A stretch of DNA of 59,685 nucleotides, the filler included, from Thelocarpon superellum (Eukaryota), in NCBI GenBank assembly GCA_026025795.1. It is 4 parts of 4 records of this genome, joined end to end, with 100 filler letters (N's around TTAATTAATTAA, not from the genome) between each part and the next. Parts side by side here need not be neighbours in the genome. Positions count along the whole stretch, not along the records: positions 44,992 to 59,685 come from JAPEUG010000426.1; 3 more parts are not named here. One strand, given 5' to 3'. Shown piece after piece: positions 47,216-58,820 of the stretch (position 1 is the first letter of the stretch; every line of letters begins with the position of its first letter). Position numbers and translations under genes: made by a program. The notes beneath the pieces were generated by a model, which was not told where the DNA came from, ran no database searches, and worked only from the letters and a program-made list of their open reading frames with translations.

Positions 47216-48345
47216 CGTGGTTCCAATTGGCCAATTGACGTCAGATGTGTCCAATCGTGGAGAAGAAGTTGCCGAATGACGGACGCCCAGACGATCGGAC
47301 TTCTTGCACACGCAAGCTCTGCTCTCAGGGACTCGTACAATCGCACGCTGGTGGTGGGGCAATGGACGAGTAGACTGAACCCTCGCTGCCACCATACCCT
47401 TATCGGAAAGTCGTGCCCCTGCTAAACTTGGTAACAGATGCCACCTGCACCAATCATTATCCTGGCCCTATCCCAGGTGAGTCGCAGCCTAATCCCGACG
47501 CAGCTGAGGGCCACAGGACGCGGCCCTGCAGGTACTCGCACTCGTACGCTCCACGGCGACACCGCGCGCCCTTTCCCCCACGCAATCCAGGCACCAGCCC
47601 GTCATCTGATCTCAGGAGCTGGGTGAGGAGACGAGTCATTCGTCATACTTGGATGACTCTTCCAACGAAAGTAAATTTGTTGACTCAACCTTCGTCCCTT
47701 TTGGCCCACGTTGCGAGCGCGTCCGCAATGCACGCGCGCCGATACGCGGCCCGCGAGCTGAGAAGGGATGAGTAATTCAGGCACCCAGTCCCTACCCGGC
47801 CCTACCCGGCCCGTCGAGCGATCAGGCCCGGCGTGTTAGCCGCCTCACTTCGTGAGGAGTGCCGGATTGTCTTATCAGGCACATAGTCCTCGCCGATCTG
47901 TTCGCGTCCACGAGACCGATGACGATGACTCTAGGTCGATCATCGGTGACTCCATCGCCCAATGCCGAGCCTTTCATTACCGCGTTCGCGCGATGGGTGA
48001 TATTACTGCCGAGGTTGCGACCGAGCCCCATCAGGCATCCATGTCGCATTTGTCTCGTTTTAGATAGTTCCTTAGGGCTGCCTGTTAGGCATCTCCCTCC
48101 CAGTCATCCACGCCCTTTCGTCAGGTGTTGATGCTCCACACATAAGAACATGGTCATCTTCTCCCATCTATCTCGTCTTCTTTCTTCCGTATTCTCCCCT
48201 TCCCACCAAACCATTGTGCCACTACCTTGTACCTATCGAGTGTTCATAGTACGACAGGCCAATATCATTCCTTCTCGACTGTGCCTTCCTCTATCACTCC
48301 TCCGTTTCATCCCCACGTTCCTCACATCTAGCCATCTCATCCACC

Positions 48346-48963
48346 ATGTCGTCGCGACGCCCCACCATCGTCTACGGCGATGCGCCCTCCTCCCACTCTT
48401 CGTCCTCTCATTATCGCACCTCCAGCCGTGACTCACACGACTCGGGCTACCTTTCGGGTGGGGGATACAACCAAACCAACTATCACGACGGCCAGGCCCA
48501 ATCCTACTCACAATCCTACTCAACACGAGAACCCACGACACCATATTCCTCCGAAGGTAGGATCCACAGGTTGAGAACCACTCGGTCAGACGACGTATCT
48601 AAATCCCGAGTTCGGCAAACAGGTCGCGGGGGATACAACCAATATCACTACCACACGGGCAACGATGCCGCCAACTACTCGACGCAGCTAAGCAAGACCA
48701 CGGGCACCTCATCTTCCAAACCCTCCAAATCGAAGGCCACGTACCACACCGTGGTGAAAAGCCCTTACGGCTCGTGTACGTTTTACACATCCCACTCACA
48801 TCACATCAACTCACCCAGTATCCCAGCGCGGTATCCGGATAGCACCGGACCCAGCGACGCTTCGTACGACTACAAGAAGGTCACCCGAACCAAGCCGAAT
48901 GGAAAGACCACAACGGTCATCAACTACGGCACCTCGAGCTCTGATTACTACGGCGGGCGTTAG
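48346..48963 (+). CDS. Hypothetical Ser/Tyr/Thr/Gly-rich low-complexity protein (may contain short introns)
   Basis: 205-aa ORF with a good start context (CACCATG) after a pyrimidine-rich leader. Internal repeat GGYNQxxYHxG. No recognisable domain. Confidence 0.55.
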   Translation: MSSRRPTIVYGDAPSSHSSSSHYRTSSRDSHDSGYLSGGGYNQTNYHDGQAQSYSQSYSTREPTTPYSSEGRIHRLRTTRSDDVSKSRVRQTGRGGYNQYHYHTGNDAANYSTQLSKTTGTSSSKPSKSKATYHTVVKSPYGSCTFYTSHSHHINSPSIPARYPDSTGPSDASYDYKKVTRTKPNGKTTTVINYGTSSSDYYGGR

Positions 48964-50623
48964 ACCCCATCCTCCCGAGTGACTTGGGCATTATAGCGAT
49001 CTTAGTCCGTCGGCGTTTTGGTCATACTCGCTTTCCTTGTCATTCTTTTCCCCAAGCAGGCGCAAATCTCCTCGGTGATAGGGTTGGTTTGCAATGACTG
49101 TCACAATTGGGAAGGGGACTCGGTATGGGTCTGGTTTACAATAGACAGCGATTTGATTGAGAAAGCGACGACGATTGAAGTAGAGAGCAACATTGCCAAT
49201 TCATCAACTTTACAATATGTGCCCATCTCATCCGCGTGCGCCTATTAGTTAATCGATCGTGCATCGGCCCCGTGAGATCGTGAGGGTCCTCCAGCGGGAA
49301 GAAGGACCGCCTCGGACCGGTCAATCGACATCACATCTGCGGGTCTCGGCCGTTGCCGGAGAGGCTCTACGAATGCAAAATATGTCTGCCTTCTTCGTGC
49401 AGGGCACTCCCACATCCACGTCTCGGCACGTGGGCATGTGGGGTACTTCCAATTACATCAGCAAGTGCCGGTGAGTTTTCGGTTATCCAGGAGCGCCCTA
49501 GGCGTCGTGAATTCCTGAGGTTCCGGCTTATGCCCAAGAAGAATCCACAGCAGATCCTGTGCGGCGGATCTGGTCTGGTCCTGGAAGCTTGGCGACACGG
49601 AATCTTGTGTGCGGCAGCCCGATGTCGTACAGTGATCGATCATGAAACTGGATGGGGTCGGGTTGTAAGGGGAATCTACGTATAAACTAGTGCTCAAGAC
49701 CCTGGCTTGTATAGCAGCCAGCATTGACGCAACATTATCACAACTTCGCGAACCTGAACACGCGGCAGCGCAGTCCGTTGGATGGTACATTTTTATCCTG
49801 ATGGAACGGAAATCTTCCCCCGATGCACCCATTGCCCTTCCCGACACAGCGGTTGCGCCGGGTTCGAGCGCTGCTGCCTCGCGGGATGGTTGGCAGTGGA
49901 CCCGGTCCAGTTGTTGGTGTCTTCCCCTTGTCAAGCAAATCCGACCATGCATCCTTGTGGCACTGGCTTCATTGGCAAGACCACGCCCCGCCAATGACCG
50001 CATGAGTTGGTGGACGTTGCGTGTTGGGCATGTCGAGAATGGGTGCAAAAGCACAACCGCGGTCGCTTCGCTGCGGTTGGCGGCCCCTGAACCTTTGAAC
50101 TCAAACATCATCTTAAGTAAGGGAGCCGGGGCGCCGATCGCTTCCGGCGGGCTCCCGCACCGCACAGATCGCGCTAGGTGCCGCGCGCAAGAGCGTGGAC
50201 CATGGCCCGGTGCTCGCCGTGGAGCCTACCATGGTTTCAAGTCGGACGCCTGAAACTAATCGCAGCCTGTCAGACCCTGCACAGGCTTTCATGATATAGT
50301 GTTGTTATAGTACGGTTGTTTGACCATATGGCCCGGTGCATGTTCTGTCACATCCGATGATGCAGATCATCATATCAGCGCACAACTTTGTGCCGTGGTA
50401 AAGCACATCATTCACCGCTGTACCTCAGGTCAACAGGCTTCTCAACCTTTAAAAGGACAGTCGTCGTCCGAAGAGTGATGGATAGGTTCAAGCCAGTCTT
50501 ACCTCCAAGTTCCTCTCGTCCTCCTGCTCTCGAGCCCACGAACGACTCGGACCACTCTCAGCCTCCACTGGTCCTCCCACCTTCCTCCACTGCAAATCTC
50601 TACGCAGATTCCACTCGCACAAG

Positions 50624-50866
50624 ATGTTTTCCAGCAGCGTGCGCACCATCCTCGTCGCAGCCCTCTGCCTTTTGGCCTTGCCCGCACAGATCACCGCACT
50701 GCCCGTGCCCGAGGCCGCGGCCGCAGCCGTGGCGGACGTTGAGAGCCGACAGTTCGGCGGACTCCCCAATTTCGCCGACGGCACCGAGGACTTTGGCTCC
50801 ATCACCCCCATCGACCCCGGTTCGGGCTTGTTTAACGCCGTTGAAGGCTTGGGCGGCTTCCCATAG
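50624..50866 (+). CDS. Small secreted prepro-peptide (80 aa)
   Basis: Signal peptide (ILVAALCLLALPAQITA), typical fungal pro-region LPVPEAAAAAVADVESR then Q. GC3-rich codons; ACAAGATG start after a CT-rich leader. Confidence 0.75.
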   Translation: MFSSSVRTILVAALCLLALPAQITALPVPEAAAAAVADVESRQFGGLPNFADGTEDFGSITPIDPGSGLFNAVEGLGGFP

Positions 50867-51715
50867 ACCGCTTTTGCTCGCGGACTACGTTCCTTGGGGC
50901 ATCTCGGTGGACACTCAACAAGGGGCGGCGTTTCCCTGATCACTCGAACACAGGCACACACAGCATCTCGAATGATGGATCAGGCGGATCGCCGGGTTGG
51001 AATTGCGGCGGTATGCTCTGCTGATTCCTGCGACGAGTCCAGCCAGATCAGGATAGGGCTAGGGCAGATACTGGTGGGACGGTAGCAAGCGAGGTTGGGG
51101 ACTGTTCTTGTCAGACATGTTCACAGTAGCATATAAGGAGTAGCTTCCTAGCTAAGATAATGAATCATCTTATACTCTCATCTATGTATGATGTAGACCA
51201 CTCAGTCCCTAGGCATGAGGGTCACATGGCCTGAGCCGCTTCCCGCCTCGCAACTCGCGGGCAAGCTCTTGTCGTCTGCTCGATGGGACAAGTCGATTAT
51301 CCCTAGACAGGGCCTATGCCTGACCTGGGCCTCTGTGTGCGACAAGGCTTCGCTGGATACGATGAGGTCTTCAGTCATGTACGGCGTCATACATGAAGAA
51401 TCATTCTTCCATTGCACATACACATTGCTACAGACTCTGGGAAACGGCCGTACAAGATCACCCGTGGAGCGCAGTCCATAGACAAAAGACCCAAAGGAAC
51501 GAGGCAACGACACAACAAAGCCCACCAAAAGTGGCAAGTCCACAGATCAACTGCACGGTAAAAGCATCGCAAACATGACTCAGGTCAGAGATGGCGAGCA
51601 GAAAGCCCGAACCCACGATTATTAGAGGGCATATTGGAGAGGAGGTAAAGGAGATGACCCACGCGGCGCCGTGTCCTTTTGTTCCAACGACAGATTGGCG
51701 GTGGGAATGTAGTCA

Positions 51716-53271
51716 TCAACATGGCGAGTCGATGTCCATGGGCACGGGCAGGAAAGCACTGGGTGGGACGGCCAGGTGTTGAGGACGCGCACCGGCAGTA
51801 CGACCTTGATCACGACCCTGTGCTTCAATGGGGCGCACAGGGGGAGGCAGACCGCGAGCCGGGTTTTCCATGAAGTTTCCCATGAAGCTGGCTTTGGTCT
51901 CATCGATTGCCCGGATGCATTGACTGGCTGTGCCGCGTGCGTTGGGATCGGGGTTGAGCATGAGGCGTAACAGTTTGGCCACCTTCCCGTCGCGGACTAC
52001 CTCGAGCGAACATTGCACGGCCTTCAGGTACGTCGAAAATTCTCGCTGGCTCTGGTGATTCTGGAAGGCGACGGCTTCGCGCTCAGGTAATCCCCCCAAG
52101 ATTTCCAGTAGCGTCAGACCGAGAGACCAGATGTCAACGGCCTTGGTATAGCCCCCCGGACGTGAGACGACCTCAGGTGCCATGTATATCACCGTTCCAG
52201 CCGGTGTGTCCATGCGCTGACCGATCTTCGAGACGCCAAAGTCGATCACTTTCACCGAGATGGGGATTTGAGAGTGCACGACGATGTTGTTGGGCTTGAG
52301 ATCACGGTGCACCACGTTGTTCTTGTGAAGATATTCGATGGCCGACACAGCTTGCCGAATTGCCTCGAGCATGTTGACCGTCCGCATGAGTGGCTGCTCG
52401 CCGAGATGGCCACAAGGAGCGTGCTCCATCACCATGACAACGTCTTCGCCAACCTGAACGCTCTCGACATAGCCGATGATATTTGGCTACAACACCTCAA
52501 AGTCAGCTCGGTTTCGGACATAGGCGAATTCCAGCATGCCTCAAAGGGGCGTGGCTGAAGACGTACATGGCGAAGATGCTTGAGCAGTTCCATTTCCTGT
52601 CGGATTGCATCAGGGTGCCCCCGACCGGATCGGAATCTCTTGGCCGCGAATAGCCGGCCACTTTGGAAGTGTGCCAGGAGACAGACATCACCGAAGCCCC
52701 CACTGCCAAGATGCTCGAGGTCCAGGTAGTTGCCGATGCGGCCACGGGAGATGACGGGAGTGGCATGAGTGCTCATCACCTTGGCATCGGTCTTGGTCAG
52801 GAGAGCGCCCAAGTACCGCTTCTGGAGTTCCTCGTAGGTAGCCTGATACCGGCCGCGATCTGGATAGCGGACGGAGAAAAGAGTGTTTCCGCACTTGATC
52901 CTTGCACCTTGTTGGAGAACAATGCTTGCACCACGATTCTTGAGGAAGAAGCTGCCGACCGTAGTTCCCATGTTCGAATTGTTGGAGAGTAGCAGAAGGC
53001 CTGAGTGGGGATTGAAGTTGATGTAGAAATGTCGTCGGCTGACGTCGTTGCCAGGCAGGAAGATATCACAAGCACTGTGATCGCACCCAAACATCCACCC
53101 AGTGCCACCTTCCTGCGGTGGGGTGACGAGACTAAGACGGATCACCCTCGACATTTCGCTTTGGATTAGGTCCGTGAAGCGATCGTTATCCCGAAGATGC
53201 GCTGCGGACTGGGCTGCGGGTGAGAGTGGGTACAGGAGAAGCGCCGTCGACCCTAAAACTGGGCCCGCCAT
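51716..53271 (-). CDS. FHA-domain Ser/Thr protein kinase (CAMK/Chk2-Rad53-like architecture); exons 53271-52567, 52486-51716
   Basis: FHA-like WMFG...CDIFL...VSRRHF. Kinase motifs LGSGGFGDV, FAAK, E of helix C, LRH|PNII, HRDLKPNN, DFG, GTVIYMAPE and DIWSLG. Intron 52566-52487 (GTACGT...GCTGAC...TAG). Confidence 0.88.
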
Positions 53272-54789
53272 CTTTGACCGAGGGCTTATACCGCAACTGA
53301 GGGGTGACGAGCTCTGCGGCAATATGTTTGTGAACTGATGCCTGGTGATGCGGCCGAAGACGTGAAACGCTACACCAGCACGAGGCGGGCGAGGAAAGAT
53401 GATTGCAGAAGGAAGTGAGGATGGTCCGAAGTCTCAAGCGCTACGACGATGATTTGAAGCGGCTTGAGGAAGGAAGAGATAGCAGGATAGATCGCGGTCT
53501 TTATATCATTCCTTGTTGCGAGGATGGGCTATTTGCAGCTGTGTCCGTAACACAGCACACCGAGAGACCACAGATACGAGACGAGCAAGGAGACACGACG
53601 TGCCGCTTGTCGGCATCACCCTTGGTCTGGCATTATCCAGAGGCATCCAAGGCCTCTGGTTCCTCCGCAGTCAGAACTTCCAAGGCCGCTCGCGTTTGAG
53701 CAACCGCTGAAGTATGAAGCGCCGAGTGGCGTGGCGCTGGAGTGGCGAAGCGCCGCAGCCGGTGTGATGAGCATTGGGGCGGGATTGATGGATTAGAAAG
53801 ACTGCTAAGGTCGGATGACCCGACTTGATCATCAAGATTTGGTCCATGCCAGGGGTATGCATGCGACCCCGGACGGGGGAAGATGCAGGAGGTGGCCATG
53901 TCGATCTGGTCCTTCCGGTTTCAGCGCTCACTTACGCATGTACAGCGCTTGGAGCAAGAAGCTATTCTGGGAGGACAGGATCTATAGTAGACCTTGGAAT
54001 AGAACTAGGCATCGACGAGTACGCGCTCGACATACCATGCATTAGGAAGAACCATAAACAACGTGATACTTTTAAAGTCAATCAGCCATGCTTGCTTGTT
54101 CAAATGAGCGATTACGGACATATAAGTGATCATTCAAGTGATAATTCACTTCTGTATGCCACCTCTCTTGCTAAGGGAACGAGGTGGATGATCAGAATCA
54201 TGAGAGTGAAGTCTCCAACCAATCAAAACAATTAGGAATATAACAAGCCAATGTTCTCTTTCATAAGGCTTGACAGACGATTAGAGCGATCGAAATGAGG
54301 TGTAATAAACGGAACGCGTGGCCCGCGTGCTTTCTTCGCCAACCTGAAAGATTGGATTGGCACTGAACCGGATGAATAGACACATGAGGGACATGCAAGC
54401 GCCGAAAAGGGGTACCACACCATCTCAAACCTCGTCGATTGTGTGAGTTGGTGGGAAGGGGGGAGAATAAGTGGTGTGTCTGAACATAGAAACCCTCATC
54501 AAGCGCTGGCTCCTTGCTAAACGCCGGACCCTTCGTCAAGCGCCGGACGGAGCAGTGGCATAGCATGTTGACACAGGGTCCAGTTTGGTTTCACATGACG
54601 AGCTGGAACTTATCCTGGTCAAGACGGGAGTAAATATGATCAAGCAGCGTCAGATTCTCGAGGATCAATCAGCGTGGCTGTCCACTTGTCTAACGCCGAA
54701 GAGGTGCACAGTGCACAGAGAAAGTACGAAGTACCGTAAATTAGAGGATCCGGCGGTGCGGAAATCGTCTTAGTGGGACTGCTTGGCAG

Positions 54790-54951
54790 GTCACGTGCAA
54801 GAACGATCCCAAGCCGATAGTTACCGGTAGTAACTTAGAGCGAGGAGCAAGGCGGCCAGCAAAAGTCTACACCTGTAGGAATCAGAGCTGAATTGCTAAT
54901 CTACACGTAGTCGGGATAGTGATAGGAGTGGGCACGTGACCAGATCACGTG
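54790..54951. promoter_or_regulatory. Cluster of three RTCACGTG E-boxes (Cbf1/bHLH-type)
   Basis: GTCACGTG at 54790-54797, CACGTGAC at 54933-54940 (GTCACGTG on minus) and ATCACGTG at 54944-54951, between divergent genes. Confidence 0.45.
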
Positions 54952-55408
54952 CGCGCTCCTACACACCAGAGTTTTGGTGGCGTTCGCAGCTCCCGGCTGG
55001 CACAAACTTCTGCTGCCCGCCTCGAAGGAAAACTATGACCAGCGTACTGGTATGTTAGTAGATGTGCTGACATCGAGGGGCGAGAAGGAACTCGCGTAAC
55101 GCGCCTCTAACATACTCGCGCTCGTACAAGCCACTTCCTCCTGGCGTTCGGTCGGCGCTTGTCTGGGCGGCTATGCGAAACCTGAAGGGCGCGTATCTAT
55201 CTTTAAGAAGTGGTACCAATCTTGAGTCCGAGAGAGTGTAATCAGTCTGCTGCTTTCGTGTCCGAGCCAGGCCAAGAATCCATCGGAAAGTTCAAAGGCA
55301 TCGGAAGCGCCGCTGGGTCGCAATCCACGATCCTCTGCCTACGCAAACTCGAATCCCGCAAGCAGTGCGGACTGCCATCGTTCCCAGCACCCACGCCGAG
55401 CAGCAGAA

Positions 55409-56437
55409 ATGTCATTCGCAGAAGGTGGCATCGTCTCCCTACCAGTCAACGCCGGTCGGCTGGATCGTGCTCTGAGATGTGTCACGCCTCCCCGAGATCT
55501 CCCAGATGACGGGCCCATCTGGGAGCGTGTCGGGATGACACGCGAGGCATGGGAAGCCGCCGAAGCGATGGCCGATAAAGAAGAGCAAAAGATCCCCAAA
55601 AACGATGCGGAGCTTCGTTTTATCAAAATGCCCAAGGCAGACCAGATTGCGTGGGAGGATATGCGTAAGCTTATCGCCGAGCATGGGGAAGGCCAAGAGC
55701 TTTTGGTCGCCATGGACCGCCTGAAGGCTGAGAGGAGACTGGCAATGGAGGCAGCTGGTGAAACGGAGGAAGAAGATCCGCCGGCAAACTCGACAGTGAC
55801 TGATGTCGACCCTCTTGCATGGATGCAAAACTACGAAACGCCGAGAGTTCGACCGGCATGGGAATCCGAGAGTATGTCTGATAGAGGAGCACGGTTCAAC
55901 GCACACGGGTTCAATTTGTGAGTACTCCTTCAGCGTCACTTTCATTCATCCTCCATCGTCCGCGGTCACTTTGGTTCTGACACGATCCCCAGGCAGGAAG
56001 AGCCGTACGTATCGGAGAACTGGAAACCGAGAATGACCAGCCCGACCAGCGAACCGCGGAATATCAAGACGCTCAGTCAGCCAGAGCATCTCGACGGCCT
56101 CCGACTCACAGAAGTGCAATACCCGGATACGGCGCCACAACGAAAGCACAACCCAAATCACCACGTGGTCTGCGGGGCGTGTGGGAACGAGCTGAAGCTG
56201 AATCTACATGTCACCCTCGGTCTGGACTCGGCCTCTCCAACGCACATCCGATCTGGGCCAGCAGCTTCACGTCGCGCGGGACGGGATATACCAGGCGCAG
56301 ACAACGAGCCACAGCCTTGGACGAGCCCTGCTTGGTCGGCCTTGCTGGCGCTCACCACCTTGTCGACCGCCAGTGCGCTTGTTGCGACGACTCTGGCTGT
56401 GACTCTGTACTTCCGAACTGGCGTGTCTCGACCGTGA
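55409..56437 (+). CDS. Hypothetical protein with a C-terminal transmembrane helix; exons 55409-55917, 55993-56437
   Basis: The GTGAGT...CTGAC...CAG intron 55918-55992 fuses the 170-aa and 134-aa ORFs in frame. Charged helical N-half, a CGAC motif and hydrophobic tail LLALTTLSTASALVATTLAVTLYF. The start is uncertain. Confidence 0.6.
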
Positions 56438-56690
56438 TCGGTGTCTAGGGGCAACAGCACTTCCGGATAATGCTGCGGCCCGGTCGTCCCTGGAGCTGTG
56501 GCTGGACCTGGCGCTTCTACTACATGGGCAGGCGCATCAGGCGTTGTGGGCGCAGGTGGCTCGAGCAGTCTGTGTTATGGAGGGGGGGCGAATGTATTCA
56601 ATGCTCATTAGAGCCGTTTTGACCAAGAAGTTCTCTATGCTAAGCTAAGCTGACCAAAGAGAGCCAACTTCCATCCCCACGCCGGGTGTA

Positions 56691-58820
56691 TCACATCCTA
56701 AACCGATTAGAATCGTGTCTCATCTCCAGGCGCCCCGAGAACCCGATAACTCACCGATCCACAGGCGTCAAGCCTAGCATCCGCATGCCGTTCGCAATCA
56801 CCTGGCGCGCGCACTCGTACAGTGCCGCGCGCGCCCGCGACACGGCCGGTCCTTCGGGCGCATCCACGACACGAAGCACGTCATAGCTGGACGACAGCTG
56901 GTGGGTGAGCCGGAAAAGGTACCTGCCCGGCGATCCCACGGTCAGAACGAAGGATACCTTGTTAGACGTGGGGAGAAATCCACTTACGTCAGGACCGTCG
57001 CGGGTTCGAGGGTCTTGAGCGTCTGACTGATCACATCCGGGTATCGTGCCAGTAGTCGGACCAGATCTACAGCGTGGGGTTCTTGGAGAAGCGAGAAGTC
57101 GGCATTGCTGAGCTCGGCGTCGCTGAGCTTCACCTTCCGGGCAATGGATCGGAGGCGCGCGTGTGCGTATTGCAGATACGGTCCTGTATCGCCTTCAAAT
57201 GACGTCATGCGCGTCAGGTCAAAGGGGTAGCCGTTGATCCGCTTGCCGGACATGTCCTGCACCATGCACTAGATCTTGACATTAGCTGTCGTTGCGTATC
57301 AAAGATTGGAATGAGAATCGTGCATACGGCCGAGATGCCCAGGATGTCGGCGACTTCTTCCGGCTTCTCCACCACGGCATATTTGGTCTCGTTGCGTCGC
57401 ATCACCCCATGCATGGTCACGGCACATTCTTCCAAGATGTCATCCAGAAACTTGACTGTGCCTCGTCGCGTTGACATGCCCTGCACTTTGCCAAAGTTGA
57501 CGTGCATCATCCGGCTTGCAACATCAGTATACCCGGCCAGCTCCAACGCGGCAATCAGACGCTTGACGTGGATGTCTTGTTCACTCATGACCACGTAGAT
57601 CATCGAGTCGAATCCGTATTTCTCCCAGCGCTCAAGAGCTGCCCCAATGTCCCGCAGCAGATATGTCGTCGTGCCGTTGCGGTTGACGACGATGGCCGTC
57701 TGTAGCTTTGGATGGCCATGCTTCTTGAAGTTGATGATGGTGGCGTTCTGGTCTACTTCAGTGATCGCCTTTTCTCGCAAAGCTGTCAAGGCCTTGGTCA
57801 TGGACGCCGGGGAGACCTGTGACTCGCCCGAATAGTCGTCAAAGAAGATGTTGAGTCGGGAATATGTCGACTTGTATTTCTCAATGCTGACGCTTCGAAA
57901 CCGTCGCCATAATCTCAGCGCATCTTCGTCCCCGTCCTCCATCCGCTTGAAGTACGCCTTGGCCTGGCCTAGGAGTCCGCATGTCTCCAGCTTCGTCGTG
58001 TCTTCTCCACGCTTGCTCGCGTCTTTGTACGCATCTTCCTCCGGCTTGAAGAGTGCACTGATCTTGACGTAGACGTCAAACAAGTGTCCGGTGGGGTTCT
58101 CTTGGAACAATTCCTCGGAGCCGAACATCTCCCAACCAATGGCCAAAAGCCCATACTGTCGCCCCCAGTCCCCGAGGTAATTCATTCTCGTCACATCCCA
58201 GCCTGAACCCGCGTACAGGTTGGATAGAAAGCCGCCGATGATGGTGCTTCGAAGGTGGCCGGCGTGGAACTCTTTGGCAATGTTGGGCGAGGAGAATTCA
58301 ATGACCATCTTCTTGCGTCCTTTCGACGGGTCTGTCGGGTCTTTCAAGCCCCGTGTCGGATTCAGGCCGTACTTGGACCGTAACTCGAATATGGTCGGGA
58401 GGACGACTGATGCCACCATACGATGCGAAAATCGGAATCGCGCGGCGATGTCGTCGGCCTCTGCCTTCTCGAAGAGGGGGTGGGCGGGAATCTGGAACTG
58501 TTGGTTCACCAAGACGCGGTAAACAACTGCTCGTGGCTGCAACATACCTCGCTGGCGATCTTCGAGGCCAAATCTGCCGGCTTCACTCCCTTGATCCTCA
58601 ATCGTGGACATGGCAGGACCAGATCGCCCTTCTCTAGGGTAGTTGAGAAGTCCAGGCATGAGAAGACGATTTCCTTGTCGATCCCAAGTATCTGAGCAAC
58701 GTCTCGCGAGACGTAGGAGCGGTAGAGGTCCACGGGATTGAAGGAGCGTGCTGCATTTGGGCTATCTGGCGTGGCGGCCTCGACTCCCACCGCCGAGAGG
58801 CGGGAGGCAAGATCCTCCAT
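56691..58820 (-). CDS. RARS: Arginyl-tRNA synthetase, multi-exon
   Basis: EFSSPNIAKEFHAGHLRSTIIG (HIGH motif), NYLGDWGRQYG, YLLRDIGA, GMSTRRG and FEGDTGPYLQYAHARL. Ends LGLTPVDR|M* via a 7-nt terminal exon (56697-56691). Confidence 0.95.
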
